A program made the translations under genes and the position numbers. Of a stretch of DNA of 64,000 nt, positions 1 to 10,484 are shown piece by piece. Within the stretch, counting starts at the first letter, position 1. The number at the start of each line of letters is the position of its first letter. Under the pieces are notes generated by a model. It searched no databases and was not told the origin of the DNA. It saw only the letters and a list, made by a program, of their open reading frames with translations. This stretch comes from an uncultured Elusimicrobia bacterium (GTDB taxonomy: Bacteria; Elusimicrobiota; Elusimicrobia; 2-01-FULL-59-12), in assembly GCA_963702895.1 (NCBI GenBank), contig OY969767.1:1056001-1120000 (forward strand), in the 5' to 3' direction.

Positions 1-669
1 TATGAGAATGATGTCCGGATCTTGCCGCAGGACATATTTGAGCGCCTGTCCAAAGGAGGTTGTGTCGGATCCGACTTCGCGCTGGTTAATAATCGATTTC
101 TTATGCGTGTGCACAAACTCAATCGGGTCTTCGATTGTGACGATATGCCCCTGATGAATTCCATTCAGATGGTCAATCATCGAAGCGAGCGTCGTCGATT
201 TCCCGCAACCCGTAGGGCCCGTGACGAGGATGAGGCCTTTGGGAATTTTGAGAATATCGTAGGAGACCGGAGGAAGCCCGAGCTCATCCATCGGCTGAAC
301 GGTTTGAGGGATCGCCCGCAACGCAGCGCCCACGGCCCCTCGCTGACGGAAGACGTTCATGCGGACACGACCGATGTTTTTAATGCCAAAGGAGATATCG
401 AGCTCGCTTGCGGACTCAAAACGCTGTTTCTGGGTGTCTGTCAAGAGTGAATAAACGAGACGCTGGCAGATCTCTCCCGTCAGTCTCGGGAACGCGGTTG
501 AGATGATATGGCCGTCAACGCGCAGCATAGGAGGCGTTCCGACGGTGATATGGAGGTCAGAGGCCTTTTTCTCCATCATCAGACGGAGCAGCTCGGCCAT
601 GTCCAAAACACTTTGCGAACTTGCCATTGAGGCGTTGCTCGAACCGGGCGGTGGAAATTCAGCGGGCAT
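1..669 (-). CDS. pilT: Type IV pilus retraction ATPase PilT (3'-partial, runs off window start)
   Basis: Not in ORF track; translated by hand on the minus strand: ASDLHITVGTPPMLRVDG, RMNVFRQRG, Walker A GPTGCGKSTT, TIEDPIE, NQREVG, LRQDPDIIL. Start 669 overlaps the pta stop; in-frame alternatives at 627 and 600. Confidence 0.92.
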   Translation of the reverse strand, partial: MPAEFPPPGSSNASMASSQSVLDMAELLRLMMEKKASDLHITVGTPPMLRVDGHIISTAFPRLTGEICQRLVYSLLTDTQKQRFESASELDISFGIKNIGRVRMNVFRQRGAVGAALRAIPQTVQPMDELGLPPVSYDILKIPKGLILVTGPTGCGKSTTLASMIDHLNGIHQGHIVTIEDPIEFVHTHKKSIINQREVGSDTTSFGQALKYVLRQDPDIILI

Positions 670-1612
670 GGGTTGCGTTCTCCTGAAGTTTAGTCTTTTG
701 GGCCTGAAGGGATGTTAGCGCGATCATATCCAAAATGTCTTCGGTCGAGCATCCGCGTGAAAGGTCATTGGCGGGCAGCGCGGTTCCCCAAAGGACAGGC
801 CCCACCGCTCGGCAGCCTCCTAAACGCTGGACCAGTTTATAGGCGATATTGCCACAATTGAGGTCCGGCGCGATGAGGACATTGGCGCGTCCCGCCATGG
901 GAGAGGTTCCTGCCGTCTTGAGCCTTGCCGAAAACAGGTCGAGCGCCGTGTCGGCTTGCCATTCCCCCTCCATCAGAAGCGAAGGCTCCTTCCCCCGGGC
1001 CAACCGAAGCGCCTCGCGCACCTTGTCAACTTGAGGATGGACCGCGCTTCCGTATGTTGAAAATGATAAAAATGCGATTCGGGGCTCTTCTCCCGTAAAA
1101 AACTGATAGGCATGAGCGGCACCAAGTCCGATTTGGGAAAGTTGCTTTGCGGATGGTTCCGGTGTTACAGCGCAGTCTGCGAAAAGGACCAATCTTCCAT
1201 CGCGGGCCTCGAGGAAGAAAAATCCGAATAGTGAGCTTGTCTTGGGCGCCAGTCCAACAATAGAAAAAACACTGCGGAGAGTATCAGCCGTGGTGCGTGT
1301 GGCACCACCGATCAAACCATCGGCTTCCTGTGCCTTGAGCATGAGGCAGCCCAAGATCAACGTGTCTTGGACGTGCTGTTCCGCTTCTGTACGTGTTACG
1401 TTCTTGAATTTGGGAAATGACCGGAGCGCCTCGACCCATCGGTCCTTCATCACAGGAGAAGAGGATCGCAGGAGGATTGGTTCAGCAATGTTTTGTTCGC
1501 GGGCGAGTCTCGATGCTTCTTGAACACGAGGATCATCCCCATCAGCCAGAATGATGCGTGCAGGAGCTCGAGAGGCCTCCCTCCTCATATCACTCAAAGA
1601 TAGCACACGCAT
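659..1612 (-). CDS. pta: Phosphate acetyltransferase
   Basis: FADCAV, AFLSFSTYGS, GEWQADTA, PDLNCGNIAYKLVQR and NDLSRGCS motifs of the PTA/PTB family. Confidence 0.92.
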   Translation of the reverse strand: MRVLSLSDMRREASRAPARIILADGDDPRVQEASRLAREQNIAEPILLRSSSPVMKDRWVEALRSFPKFKNVTRTEAEQHVQDTLILGCLMLKAQEADGLIGGATRTTADTLRSVFSIVGLAPKTSSLFGFFFLEARDGRLVLFADCAVTPEPSAKQLSQIGLGAAHAYQFFTGEEPRIAFLSFSTYGSAVHPQVDKVREALRLARGKEPSLLMEGEWQADTALDLFSARLKTAGTSPMAGRANVLIAPDLNCGNIAYKLVQRLGGCRAVGPVLWGTALPANDLSRGCSTEDILDMIALTSLQAQKTKLQENATHAR

Positions 1613-1644
1613 AATGGAGTTGTTAGCAGGAGATATTCAGCTTG

Positions 1645-3540
1645 TCAAGACAATTCAAATGAGCGAAGTTCATTCGAAATGACCGCTTGCCAGCGTTGCG
1701 GATCAGCTTCGTGATCGGCGATCTCGTAGGCTGTCTGATAGGCCTTACGGGACAGGGCGACCTGACCGGTTTGCTTATAAAGGCGAGCAAGATTTATCCA
1801 CGCGATCATGTAGTCTGGACGTTGGAGTAAGGCTTGCCTTAAACGTCGAATCGCAAGGGCCTGCTTTTGGCCTGACAAGAGAGCCGTCACCCCATAAGCG
1901 TTCAGCAGGCAGGGGAGTGGGTCGATTCGGATGGCTTCTTCCAGAAGGGTCCATTGCTCTGATAGTGAGGCCGGCGGCGATTGACGGATCGACCGAAATC
2001 TGGCGTATGCCTTGAGGAAGCGAGGGTCGACTCGCACCGTGTAGATCGTCGTGTGTTCTGGATGATTTTGGAAGACGGGTTCATAGGCGCTGGGGTTCTT
2101 CTGGATCCAGCGAGAGAAGTCTCTCCATCTTCGATTTGGATCATGTGCTGGGGCAGCTCGGACATGAAGGAATTGGATTGGGTGAACGAGGACATGCGTA
2201 ATCTTCGAGTCCAGGAGTTTTGCTCGAAAATCGTCCTGGTCATCGGCCTGAATGTAAGAAAGCGAATATCGGTTCGTGCGCAAGGACAAAGCGGCCCCAT
2301 TCGGGGCCAGAAAAAATGCATCCTTTGGACTCTGCGACCGAACCCACTCATAGGTCGCCGTGGGGAGTTTGTTGTCCCGCCTTCCACGCCCTGTTTCGTT
2401 GAGAGCGAAGAGCGTCTGTGATCCATACGCGCCCAGCAGAAGGACACCCGCAAGGACATAAACTACTCTTCGGGACTGCTCGTGAGCGATTGCCTCAACC
2501 GCATAAATCATGAGAAAGGCAATGAAGGGCAGGAGTGGCCAAAAATAATGCGGATGATTGGCCAGCCAAAAGGTATGAACCCCCATATGCAACAAGACAT
2601 AAAGCCCAACCGAGACCTGAAAGGCATGGTGTTCGGGGCGCTTTTGGATCCAGGCATGGAAGCCCCTGAAAAGTCCACCCAAAAGTCCCAAGCTCAGGCC
2701 CATGATCAAAAAATGTCCCCCGATCCCCGTGGGCTGGTAGGACACCCCTAAAACCAGCTCCATCGTCACCGTCTTCCATATAGCCCAACCGTTTTCCACA
2801 AGCGTCCAGGGGCCTTGAGCTAAAAAGGGCAGTGTTTCGTTGAAAAGTGTTTGATAGCCACTCAGAGCACCCGTCCGTGTGTAATTCCATATCAACATCC
2901 CAGACCAACACAGCGCACCGCCAAACAGACACCAAAAAGTTTTCCAATACTTTTGCCAGAGGCAAACGATCCCCAGAGCTAAGAACAGAAGCATGCCCTC
3001 GGGCCGCACCAACGCTGCTGCAGTTGTTGAGAGTAAAAGCGACCCAGGAGAGAGGCGGGGATCGCTCGTGATGCGCCGAAAGGAAATCAATACAACCAGC
3101 AAAAGAAACAAATAGCTTGCGTCCGATATCACCTGATTAGAAAAGACCAAGGTGGTGGGGTTCAAGGCAAAAAGTGCGATGACGACCATGATCGCTTTCG
3201 ATGACAAGTCGTCTTTCCAGAGCCGGTAAAGGCCCGCCAAGGACATCCAAGTCATGAGGAGAGGGACCGCCTTGAGCCACGTCCACGGCTCCTCCGTGAA
3301 CCCAACAAACGGGGCAAGCAGAAGAGGGAAACCCGGCAAGGGAAAATTAGCGGGAGGGTGCCAGGGAAGCTGGAGGTTGTTATAGGCGCCCATCAACAGT
3401 GATTTTGCCGCCAAGATATCTCGCGCATCATCGGCCCAGTAGCCCACAGGAAATCGCTCAAGGGTCATCAGGGAGAGGGCGCCGCTTAGAGCACAAGCAA
3501 CGAGCGTGAAGACTCTTGCGCTACGACCTTCGTAAGGCAT
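1645..3540 (-). CDS. Polytopic membrane protein, GT-C/ArnT-like glycosyltransferase with C-terminal TPR-like region
   Basis: Many TM segments; early acidic DD motif after TM1 (WADDARDI) then PGFPLLL; TPR-like tail (AWINLARLYKQTGQ). Confidence 0.65.
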   Translation of the reverse strand: MPYEGRSARVFTLVACALSGALSLMTLERFPVGYWADDARDILAAKSLLMGAYNNLQLPWHPPANFPLPGFPLLLAPFVGFTEEPWTWLKAVPLLMTWMSLAGLYRLWKDDLSSKAIMVVIALFALNPTTLVFSNQVISDASYLFLLLVVLISFRRITSDPRLSPGSLLLSTTAAALVRPEGMLLFLALGIVCLWQKYWKTFWCLFGGALCWSGMLIWNYTRTGALSGYQTLFNETLPFLAQGPWTLVENGWAIWKTVTMELVLGVSYQPTGIGGHFLIMGLSLGLLGGLFRGFHAWIQKRPEHHAFQVSVGLYVLLHMGVHTFWLANHPHYFWPLLPFIAFLMIYAVEAIAHEQSRRVVYVLAGVLLLGAYGSQTLFALNETGRGRRDNKLPTATYEWVRSQSPKDAFFLAPNGAALSLRTNRYSLSYIQADDQDDFRAKLLDSKITHVLVHPIQFLHVRAAPAHDPNRRWRDFSRWIQKNPSAYEPVFQNHPEHTTIYTVRVDPRFLKAYARFRSIRQSPPASLSEQWTLLEEAIRIDPLPCLLNAYGVTALLSGQKQALAIRRLRQALLQRPDYMIAWINLARLYKQTGQVALSRKAYQTAYEIADHEADPQRWQAVISNELRSFELS

Positions 3541-4009
3541 ACTTCAGGAGGGCACTTTCAACGGACCGAGGGACCAGGCCATGGACCTTGCCGCCCAGGC
3601 GGGAGATTTCTCGAACGAGACTCGAAGAAAGGTAAGTGTAACGCTCATCGGGCATTAAAAAAACGGTCTCAAAATGAGCATATTGGCGCCGGTTCATAAG
3701 GGCCATTTGGAATTCGTATTCGAAATCAGAAATGGCCCGGAGGCCACGAATCACAGCAGAAGCCTTCTTTTTCTTGACGTAATCTGCCAGAAGACCGGAA
3801 AAGGAATCCACTTCGATAGAGGCATGCCCTTTGAGCGCGAGCTGGAGGTGCGAGAGCCTCTCTTCCAATGAGAAGAAGGGCGATTTATGAGGGTTTTTAC
3901 TGACCGCAACAATGATCCGATCAAAGAGGTGCTTGCCCCTATGGATGATATCGAGGTGACCGTTGGTGACGGGGTCAAAAGAGCCGGGATAGATTGCAAT
4001 ACGGGCCAT
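3521..4009 (-). CDS. coaD: Pantetheine-phosphate adenylyltransferase
   Basis: YPGSFDPVTNGH, IRGLRAISDFEYE, SSSLVRE. Confidence 0.97.
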   Translation of the reverse strand: MARIAIYPGSFDPVTNGHLDIIHRGKHLFDRIIVAVSKNPHKSPFFSLEERLSHLQLALKGHASIEVDSFSGLLADYVKKKKASAVIRGLRAISDFEYEFQMALMNRRQYAHFETVFLMPDERYTYLSSSLVREISRLGGKVHGLVPRSVESALLKYALRRS

Positions 4010-4079
4010 AAGCGAGATAGGCTCATTTTACTGTTTTCTTTGGGTTTCCCCTATCGGGAATTTCGATCAGCAGGCTGGG

Positions 4080-6194
4080 TTAAGCGGTCAGAGACCATTT
4101 TTGACCATAGCGATCTTCGGCTGCTTTTCGAAGCGGAAGGTGCTGGGTTTCCTTCAATTCTGGGTCCTGGTGAAGGATGGCCATCGCCGCTTGACGGGAT
4201 TGCTGAATAAGGGCGGCGTCCGTCAGGAGATTGCCCATTCGGAAATAGGGTTTCCCATGCTGCAGGGCGCCTAAAACCTCTCCGGGGCCGCGCAGGGCGA
4301 GGTCTTCTTCGCTGATGCGAAAGCCATCCGTGGTTTGCGTCATGATCTCGATGCGCTTCTTGGCCCCTTCGCTGCGCGTGTCCGCAACCAAGAGACATTG
4401 GGATGGCAACGGGCCGCGCCCCACCCGGCCTCGGAGTTGATGGAGCGTGGAAAGCCCGAAGCGCTCGGCGTGCTGAATCACGATCAGCGTGGCGTTGGGG
4501 ACATCAATGCCCACTTCGATAATCGAGGTTGCGATGAGCACTCGGATCTGGCCAGCTCGAAAACGTTCCATCATCGCGTCTTTCTCCCCCGACTTCATTT
4601 GACCATGAATGAGGCCGACCTGGAGGCCGCTCAAGACCGTCGTTTTGAGCAACATCGCTTCCTGGATCGCGGCCTTGAGTTCAATTTTGTCTGATTCAGA
4701 CACGAGCGGATAAACCAGATAGACCTGTCGACCCAATTCAACCGCCTCGCGTACGGCCCGCAGGGCCACTTCTTCTGGAACATGCGAAGTCTGAACGGGA
4801 GACCGCCCTGGAGGCAGAGCGTCCAAGGTCGACACATCCAGATCGCCGTAAAGGGTCATGGCTAAGGTTCGCGGGATGGGCGTGGCGGTCATGACGAGGA
4901 TATCCGGGGCGGGGCCCTTCTCTCGTAAGAGGCTCCGATGTTCAACCCCGAAGCGATGCTGTTCATCAATGATGGCAAGCATCAAACGATGAAAGCGGAC
5001 CTGCTTTTCGAGGAGCGCGTGGGTCCCCAGAACAAGATCAACCTGTCCGCGTTCGATATTCTGGAGCAAACGCTTTCTCTGAGAGCTTGTGCTGCTGCCC
5101 GTCAAGACTGCCACGCGAACAGGCAAACCTTCGAGAAACTTCGAAAAGCTAAGGGCATGCTGTTCCGCAAGGATCTCGGTGGGGGCCATCAGGACCGCTT
5201 GGCCGCCGTTTTCAACCGCAAGGAGCATGGCGGAGAGCGCAACGAGTGTTTTTCCGCTGCCGACATCGCCCTGAAGGAGGCGGTTCATCGGTTCTGGTTT
5301 CATCAAATCGTCGAAGATTTCGCGTATCACTTTCTTTTGAGAGCCTGTGAATTCAAAGCGAAGTTTCTCTCGGAAAGGGGTCAACAAGTGGCGCCGAAGC
5401 GCATAGGCATGGGCTTTGCTTTGTTTTTTCACCACCAGGCGGAGTTTGGCAAGCGCAGTTTCGAGCTCTAAGAATTCCTCAAAAGCCAGGGCTTGCCTCG
5501 CCTCCTCTTTCTCCATCCATGTCTGGGGAAAATGGATGTGGCGTAGAGCCCATGCCAAGTCCCTGATCTTCTTTTGAGTGCGGATCTGCTCCGGAACCAC
5601 ATCGGCCAGTGCAAGAGGGCCTGCGGTGAGGGTCCTCCCGATCAGAGAACGAAGCAGTCGTTCACGGAGGCCCTCCGGAACCGTATACAGTGGGACAATC
5701 CGTTCAAAATGGAATTGATCATCCCCTCCCAAAGGGGCCTTCTCATCCTCGAGAAAAGCGACATCTTCGACCCGGACCTGTTTTCCCTCGGGGCCCCATT
5801 CCATCGAGCCGAACACAATCACCCCTTGGTCTTTCACGAGGTGACTCCTTAAGGAAGCAAAAACATCGTAACGAGGGTTTAATTTCTTGAACCAGGCCGC
5901 CTGAAGACGGCCGGTGTGATCTTCGAGCCAGGCGGTCGCGATGCCCAAGCGTGAGCGCGTTTCCGAAAAGTCAGCCTCTCGAAGGCGCGCACGCAGGGTC
6001 ACCTTTTCTCCCATCGGGGCGTCTCGGAGGGAGTAACGGAGTCGTCGGTCCTCCCAGTCTCGAGGGTAATAAAAAAGAAGATCATGCTTTGTGAGGATCC
6101 CCATCTTGGCGAGCAGGGCCGCTCGAACCGGGCCCACACCTTTTAAATATTGGAGCGTACCCGACGACTTGCTTTGTGACGATGAATCTGTCAC
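4080..6194 (-). CDS. recG: ATP-dependent DNA helicase RecG
   Basis: [52 protein letters not shown]. Start moved to GTG 6194 to avoid overlapping rpmB (uncertain). Confidence 0.95.
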   Translation of the reverse strand: MTDSSSQSKSSGTLQYLKGVGPVRAALLAKMGILTKHDLLFYYPRDWEDRRLRYSLRDAPMGEKVTLRARLREADFSETRSRLGIATAWLEDHTGRLQAAWFKKLNPRYDVFASLRSHLVKDQGVIVFGSMEWGPEGKQVRVEDVAFLEDEKAPLGGDDQFHFERIVPLYTVPEGLRERLLRSLIGRTLTAGPLALADVVPEQIRTQKKIRDLAWALRHIHFPQTWMEKEEARQALAFEEFLELETALAKLRLVVKKQSKAHAYALRRHLLTPFREKLRFEFTGSQKKVIREIFDDLMKPEPMNRLLQGDVGSGKTLVALSAMLLAVENGGQAVLMAPTEILAEQHALSFSKFLEGLPVRVAVLTGSSTSSQRKRLLQNIERGQVDLVLGTHALLEKQVRFHRLMLAIIDEQHRFGVEHRSLLREKGPAPDILVMTATPIPRTLAMTLYGDLDVSTLDALPPGRSPVQTSHVPEEVALRAVREAVELGRQVYLVYPLVSESDKIELKAAIQEAMLLKTTVLSGLQVGLIHGQMKSGEKDAMMERFRAGQIRVLIATSIIEVGIDVPNATLIVIQHAERFGLSTLHQLRGRVGRGPLPSQCLLVADTRSEGAKKRIEIMTQTTDGFRISEEDLALRGPGEVLGALQHGKPYFRMGNLLTDAALIQQSRQAAMAILHQDPELKETQHLPLRKAAEDRYGQKWSLTA

Positions 6195-6206
6195 AATCGC
6201 CGTCCT

Positions 6207-6416
6207 ATGGCGCTCCGATGTGATCTCTGTGGCAAGGGTCCTGCGGCGGGTAAAACGGTCAGTCACTCTCATCGCACGACGAACCGACGTTTTCTGCCCA
6301 ATGTCCGAACTCTTCGTGTCCTGGTCGGCGGTCGACCCCAGCGGTTGAAGGCTTGCACACGATGTGTACGATCAGAAAAGATCACGAAACCCACCCTCCG
6401 GCTTGGTCCGTCTTAA
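6207..6416 (+). CDS. rpmB: 50S ribosomal protein L28
   Basis: CDLCGK...[16 protein letters not shown]...CTRC (zinc-binding form). Confidence 0.95.
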   Translation: MALRCDLCGKGPAAGKTVSHSHRTTNRRFLPNVRTLRVLVGGRPQRLKACTRCVRSEKITKPTLRLGPS

Positions 6417-6428
6417 ATCGATCAAACG

Positions 6429-7217
6429 TCAGCTTTTGATTGGAAGGCTGATGCCTTTCGAAGGACTCGAAGCCGAGGCATAAGATTTTTTGAGCATGCG
6501 ACCCGCCAAGAAGGCCATTCGGCCGGCTTCGACCCCTAGCTTCATCGCGTAAGCCATCGTCACAGGATCATTCGCTTCGGCGACCGCGGTGTTCATGAGC
6601 ACACCTGCGACCCCCAGCTCCATCGCCAGAGCCGCATCCGAAGCGGTCCCCACACCGGCATCGACGATGATGGGCACTTTTGCTTGCTCGATAATAAACT
6701 GTACAGGGAGAGGATTCAAAATGCCCTGTCCGCTGCCGATGGGCGCTGCCAACGGCATAACAGCAGCAGCCCCTGCTTCTTCCAGGCGTTTGGCCACGAT
6801 CGGGTCATCGCTGGTATACGGCAACACGGTGAAGCCCTCTTTGACGAGCGTCCGTGTCGCGATGAGCGTCGCTTCGACATCAGGGAACAAGGTCTTCGCG
6901 TCCCCAATCACTTCAACTTTAATGAGATCGGTCTCCAAGGCCTCGCGCGCGAGTCGTGCTGTTCGAATGGCCTCTTCGGCGGTGTAGCACCCAGCTGTGT
7001 TCGGCAGGATGGGCAGTCCTTTCGGCAGATAACTCCAAAACGATTGGGAGGACTTATCATTCAAATCGACCCGCCGAATGGCCACCGTCACCATCGCGGG
7101 CCCAGCCGCCAGGAGCGCTTCCTTCATCACGCTTAGCGTCTTATACTTACCGGTGCCCAGAATGAGACGAGAAGGATAGGCTTTTCCGGCGATGAGAAAT
7201 GGCAAATCCGTTTGCAT
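6429..7217 (-). CDS. thiG: Thiazole synthase ThiG
   Basis: [46 protein letters not shown]. Confidence 0.97.
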   Translation of the reverse strand: MQTDLPFLIAGKAYPSRLILGTGKYKTLSVMKEALLAAGPAMVTVAIRRVDLNDKSSQSFWSYLPKGLPILPNTAGCYTAEEAIRTARLAREALETDLIKVEVIGDAKTLFPDVEATLIATRTLVKEGFTVLPYTSDDPIVAKRLEEAGAAAVMPLAAPIGSGQGILNPLPVQFIIEQAKVPIIVDAGVGTASDAALAMELGVAGVLMNTAVAEANDPVTMAYAMKLGVEAGRMAFLAGRMLKKSYASASSPSKGISLPIKS

Positions 7218-7417
7218 TAACCGCCTCCTATGGCGTGGATAATTTCTACGGTGTCCCCCTCCCGGAGGGGCGTGCTTGCGTAAAAAGCGCGCTTAATAAT
7301 TTTGAGATTCACTTCGCAGGCCACGCGCCCCGCGGGGATTTTCAGTTCATCCAGGAGTTGTTGCAGCGAGAGTGAGGGCTCGAATACTTTCGTCTCACCG
7401 TTGAGGGTAATGTTCAC
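7217..7417 (-). CDS. thiS: Sulfur carrier protein ThiS
   Basis: 66 aa, C-terminal GG, adjacent to thiG. Confidence 0.95.
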   Translation of the reverse strand: MNITLNGETKVFEPSLSLQQLLDELKIPAGRVACEVNLKIIKRAFYASTPLREGDTVEIIHAIGGG

Positions 7418-7424
7418 TCGCTAA

Positions 7425-9050
7425 TTATACCAAGCCGCTCACGACTTCGAGCCAACGGCGGGTCCTGCGACTTCCCGGATGCGCTCTCGCATTGCGCTCC
7501 AGTTCTTTACGGATCAGGCTCTTTTTGGAGGGTGGGGCCGACCGCCATACCGTCTGGACCCAGTACCGGAGGTCGGCATCAGGATCCAGATGAGCAAACT
7601 CATATTGCCGAAGGACTCTCTGAAATTGAGGCAAGCGCCTTACAAAGCACAGCACGACATCATCCCAATAGATCAGGGCCCAGTCTTGGATCGGGAAATA
7701 ATATCGGAAGGTGGAGGGCAGCTGCTGTTGGGCTGGATATTTCACGACGGCGCAGGAGATGTTTCTGTGGGTCAGAAATCGTTGGAAATCCAGCGGAGGG
7801 CCCTGGGTGGCCCTGAGCATCTCAGGGAAAAGGCTCCTGTAGCCTTCCACGGCAGGATAGCGACCATCGATCAGAACGGGCGGCTCACCTTCCAGCGACC
7901 ACAAGAAGAAGCCTCCCTGCTCGTAGTCATGATAAAGAGGCGTCCGTAGGCGATTGTCTTTCAGAAACTGAACAGCATCAACCGGGAACGTGTTGGTGTT
8001 AATGCCGAACCTGGGACGGACACTCAGACAAGAAAGAAGAGGGATGATCAATAAGACGCCAACGACTTGAGGTCTGCCAAGAAGATCCGACTCTTCCGAA
8101 ATCAAGCGCAGGAGCCATGGGACAGCCCAAAGGATGAAATAGGGATAGAGCGAGGCAAAGCGCGCGCTGAGGACGCTCAAGAGGAGGCTCGTGACGATGA
8201 ACGCCCCTCCCCAAGAGCGTTTCTTCCAGAGTGTCCATCCCATCGCGGTCCAGAATAAAATCAGCGTAAGCCAATAGAGTTCCAAATGGCGAAAAGGGGT
8301 CTGGGCCCAGCCCAGGACGTGCGCTGGTGAGAGCGTGAAATCCTGCCATCCCATCCCATACACTTGCCACCCATAGGGTGTGCACAGGGTTGCAAGCACA
8401 CAAATTGTTCCATAGAGCATGAGCTTGAGGCGCGGGGCCCCTTTCTTGAGCCCCTCTGCACAGACGTAGATGCCGAGAACGATCAGCCCCAGCATAAAGC
8501 CTCTGTGCATGTTGGCCCATAAGAGAAAGGATACAGGCCAATATGTGAAGAGCCTTCGTTGGGCCTCGCCCCGGCGAAAATACAGCGTATGGTAAAGAAA
8601 CGCCATCAAACCCAACGAAACATAGCTCGCTTTTTCCTCCCACCCAAAGCCTCGGGGGTGGGCAGCCAAGAACATCCAGACGACGCCCAGAAAAGCAACG
8701 CCCGTCGGCCGTGGGTGTTCGCGATGATATCTCCCGACCATTAAAAGCAGGCCAGCGACAAAAAGGGACTTGGCCAGAATGATGCCCTTCAGGCCACCGA
8801 ACAAATAAATGAAATAGGCCAGGATTTCCTGGAGCCAATAGGTGTTCACCCAGGCGCTGCCGCGAGCGGTTAAGGAAAAAACGTCGACGCGGGGGACGGA
8901 AAGGTGTTGCACCATGTAGCGGCCGCTGGCCAGGTGCCACCATAGGTCTGGATCCTGGATAGGGCGAATGTTGTAAAGGACCATCCAGCAGAATACGACC
9001 GACCAAAAGAGCCATGTCCATCGCTTCAGAGGCCCTGCGAAGATGTTCAT
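7425..9050 (-). CDS. Polytopic membrane protein, probable GT-C fold
   Basis: DPDLWWHLASGRY after TM1, LWANMH, many TMs, C-terminal IDGRY domain. Confidence 0.6.
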   Translation of the reverse strand: MNIFAGPLKRWTWLFWSVVFCWMVLYNIRPIQDPDLWWHLASGRYMVQHLSVPRVDVFSLTARGSAWVNTYWLQEILAYFIYLFGGLKGIILAKSLFVAGLLLMVGRYHREHPRPTGVAFLGVVWMFLAAHPRGFGWEEKASYVSLGLMAFLYHTLYFRRGEAQRRLFTYWPVSFLLWANMHRGFMLGLIVLGIYVCAEGLKKGAPRLKLMLYGTICVLATLCTPYGWQVYGMGWQDFTLSPAHVLGWAQTPFRHLELYWLTLILFWTAMGWTLWKKRSWGGAFIVTSLLLSVLSARFASLYPYFILWAVPWLLRLISEESDLLGRPQVVGVLLIIPLLSCLSVRPRFGINTNTFPVDAVQFLKDNRLRTPLYHDYEQGGFFLWSLEGEPPVLIDGRYPAVEGYRSLFPEMLRATQGPPLDFQRFLTHRNISCAVVKYPAQQQLPSTFRYYFPIQDWALIYWDDVVLCFVRRLPQFQRVLRQYEFAHLDPDADLRYWVQTVWRSAPPSKKSLIRKELERNARAHPGSRRTRRWLEVVSGLV

Positions 9051-9856
9051 GAGACGAATCGTGACATAAAGCGCGAGAGCGCGCTATTGAAGGCCGCTTC
9101 ATTTTCCAGGTTGCTCAGGTGGCCGGCTTCGGGGATGAGGACGAGTTCGGAGTCCGGGAGGCGCTGGTGCAGCTCACGTGCGGCAGAAGGCGGCGTGATG
9201 CGGTCGTCTTCTCCCACCAGAACAAGTGATGGCGCGCGCAGATTTGAGAGAGCTCCGGTGGTATCGGTCCGGGTCGCAAGGGCCACGAGAGCCTTCTGAA
9301 TACCTTCGCTCGGGCACGAAAGGATCATGTTTCGCACAGCATGGACGACGTTCGGCTTGGAAGCCCCTGTGACAGGCGAAAAGACGCTCTTCAGAAAATT
9401 GTCCGCGAAGGCTTCCATCCCCTGCTCGCGGATTATGCGCAGGTCGGCAGAGCGTTTGAGCTTGACGGCATTGGTATCGGCTTCACTACGCGTGTCACAC
9501 AGGACGAGCCCTTGTATGGTCTCCGGTGAACGCTCGGCGCAACGCAGAGCGACGTATCCCCCCATCGAAAGACCGCAAAGCACGGCCCTTGTCACGTGAA
9601 GGTGGTCCAGAAGAGTCAAGAGATCATCAACAAACGACTCAAAGAGATAAGCGTGAAGGGGCACGCTGCTCCTTCCCAACCCTCTCTGGTCATAGGTGAT
9701 GACGCGGAAATCCCGGGCAAGAAGGGCGGCCTGCGCGTCCCAGAGGGTATGGTCAAACGGGAAGCCATGAAGAAAAACCACCACCCCTTTGGCAGGTGTG
9801 GTGGTCGTTTGGGAATCGGTATAGTAAAGCGCTAGACGATCGAAGAAGCCTTCCAC
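9047..9856 (-). CDS. Alpha/beta hydrolase (PcaD-like)
   Basis: FLHGFP, YDQRGLG, nucleophile elbow GLSMGG, GEDD, AGHLSN. Start uncertain (GTG 9856 chosen; ORF open to 10078). Confidence 0.88.
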   Translation of the reverse strand: MEGFFDRLALYYTDSQTTTTPAKGVVVFLHGFPFDHTLWDAQAALLARDFRVITYDQRGLGRSSVPLHAYLFESFVDDLLTLLDHLHVTRAVLCGLSMGGYVALRCAERSPETIQGLVLCDTRSEADTNAVKLKRSADLRIIREQGMEAFADNFLKSVFSPVTGASKPNVVHAVRNMILSCPSEGIQKALVALATRTDTTGALSNLRAPSLVLVGEDDRITPPSAARELHQRLPDSELVLIPEAGHLSNLENEAAFNSALSRFMSRFVS

Positions 9857-10071
9857 GCAGGCGATTTTATCATGTGCCGATGCGTGAAGACTTTCAGAAG
9901 CTCCGGTGCCTGCGTCCTGAGATAGGTCCCGATAAAACAGATCAGGGCACACGTCAGGCCGGCGAAGCACGCCCATTTGAGAGCGGGATTCATGCCGAAG
10001 GCATAGTCGGGATTCCGGTAGAGCACTCCGAGCGATGATGCGAAGAGAAAATAGAGTCCTGTTTTCAGCAT
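9832..10071 (-). CDS. Small 2-TM hypothetical protein
   Basis: 79-aa ORF with two hydrophobic segments; AGGAGG SD upstream (plus-strand cctcct at 10081). Confidence 0.5.
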   Translation of the reverse strand: MLKTGLYFLFASSLGVLYRNPDYAFGMNPALKWACFAGLTCALICFIGTYLRTQAPELLKVFTHRHMIKSPAWKASSIV

Positions 10072-10330
10072 AGGTCATAGCCTCCTGCTAGTTGCCTTTT
10101 CTTGAATCCAGTGTGAGGAAAGACCGGATTTTTGGCAAGAGGCAAAGCCCAAGGTAAAGAGATAATAATTCATGTGAACGAAGGCAAAAATCGGACGATA
10201 GCAATAATCTCTTTTAGCTTGAATTCCAGGTGTAAATCTGTATTGGCAGGATGAGAGATTTGCGTCGAGATGCGCGGCGTGGTGTGATTTTTTTGCACGA
10301 CCGACACGGAATGTCGTGCCGTATTCAGGG

Positions 10331-10484
10331 CTAGCCGGGAATCTGCAGTTGTCGTCATCCCGGTGAAAACCGGGATCCAGTCCATCGCCGTTGAACTGGG
10401 CCCCGGCTTTCGCCGGGGTGACGGCACAAAAAAGTGCATCGAGTTCAGACGATGACGCAAAATGAACCGAAGATTTCCGGCTAG
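10331..10484. mobile_element. MITE-like element copy 1 (146 bp core, CTAG flanks) with internal REP-like palindrome pair
   Basis: CTAG-CCGGGAATCT...AGATTTCCGG-CTAG; near-identical inverted copy at 26773-26926. Confidence 0.85.

Noticed and set aside
22..450. 142-aa plus-strand ORF
   Set aside because: Shadow of pilT on the minus strand.
7417..7425. TPP riboswitch before thiS-thiG
   Set aside because: Only 7 bp of intergenic space and no TPP consensus seen.
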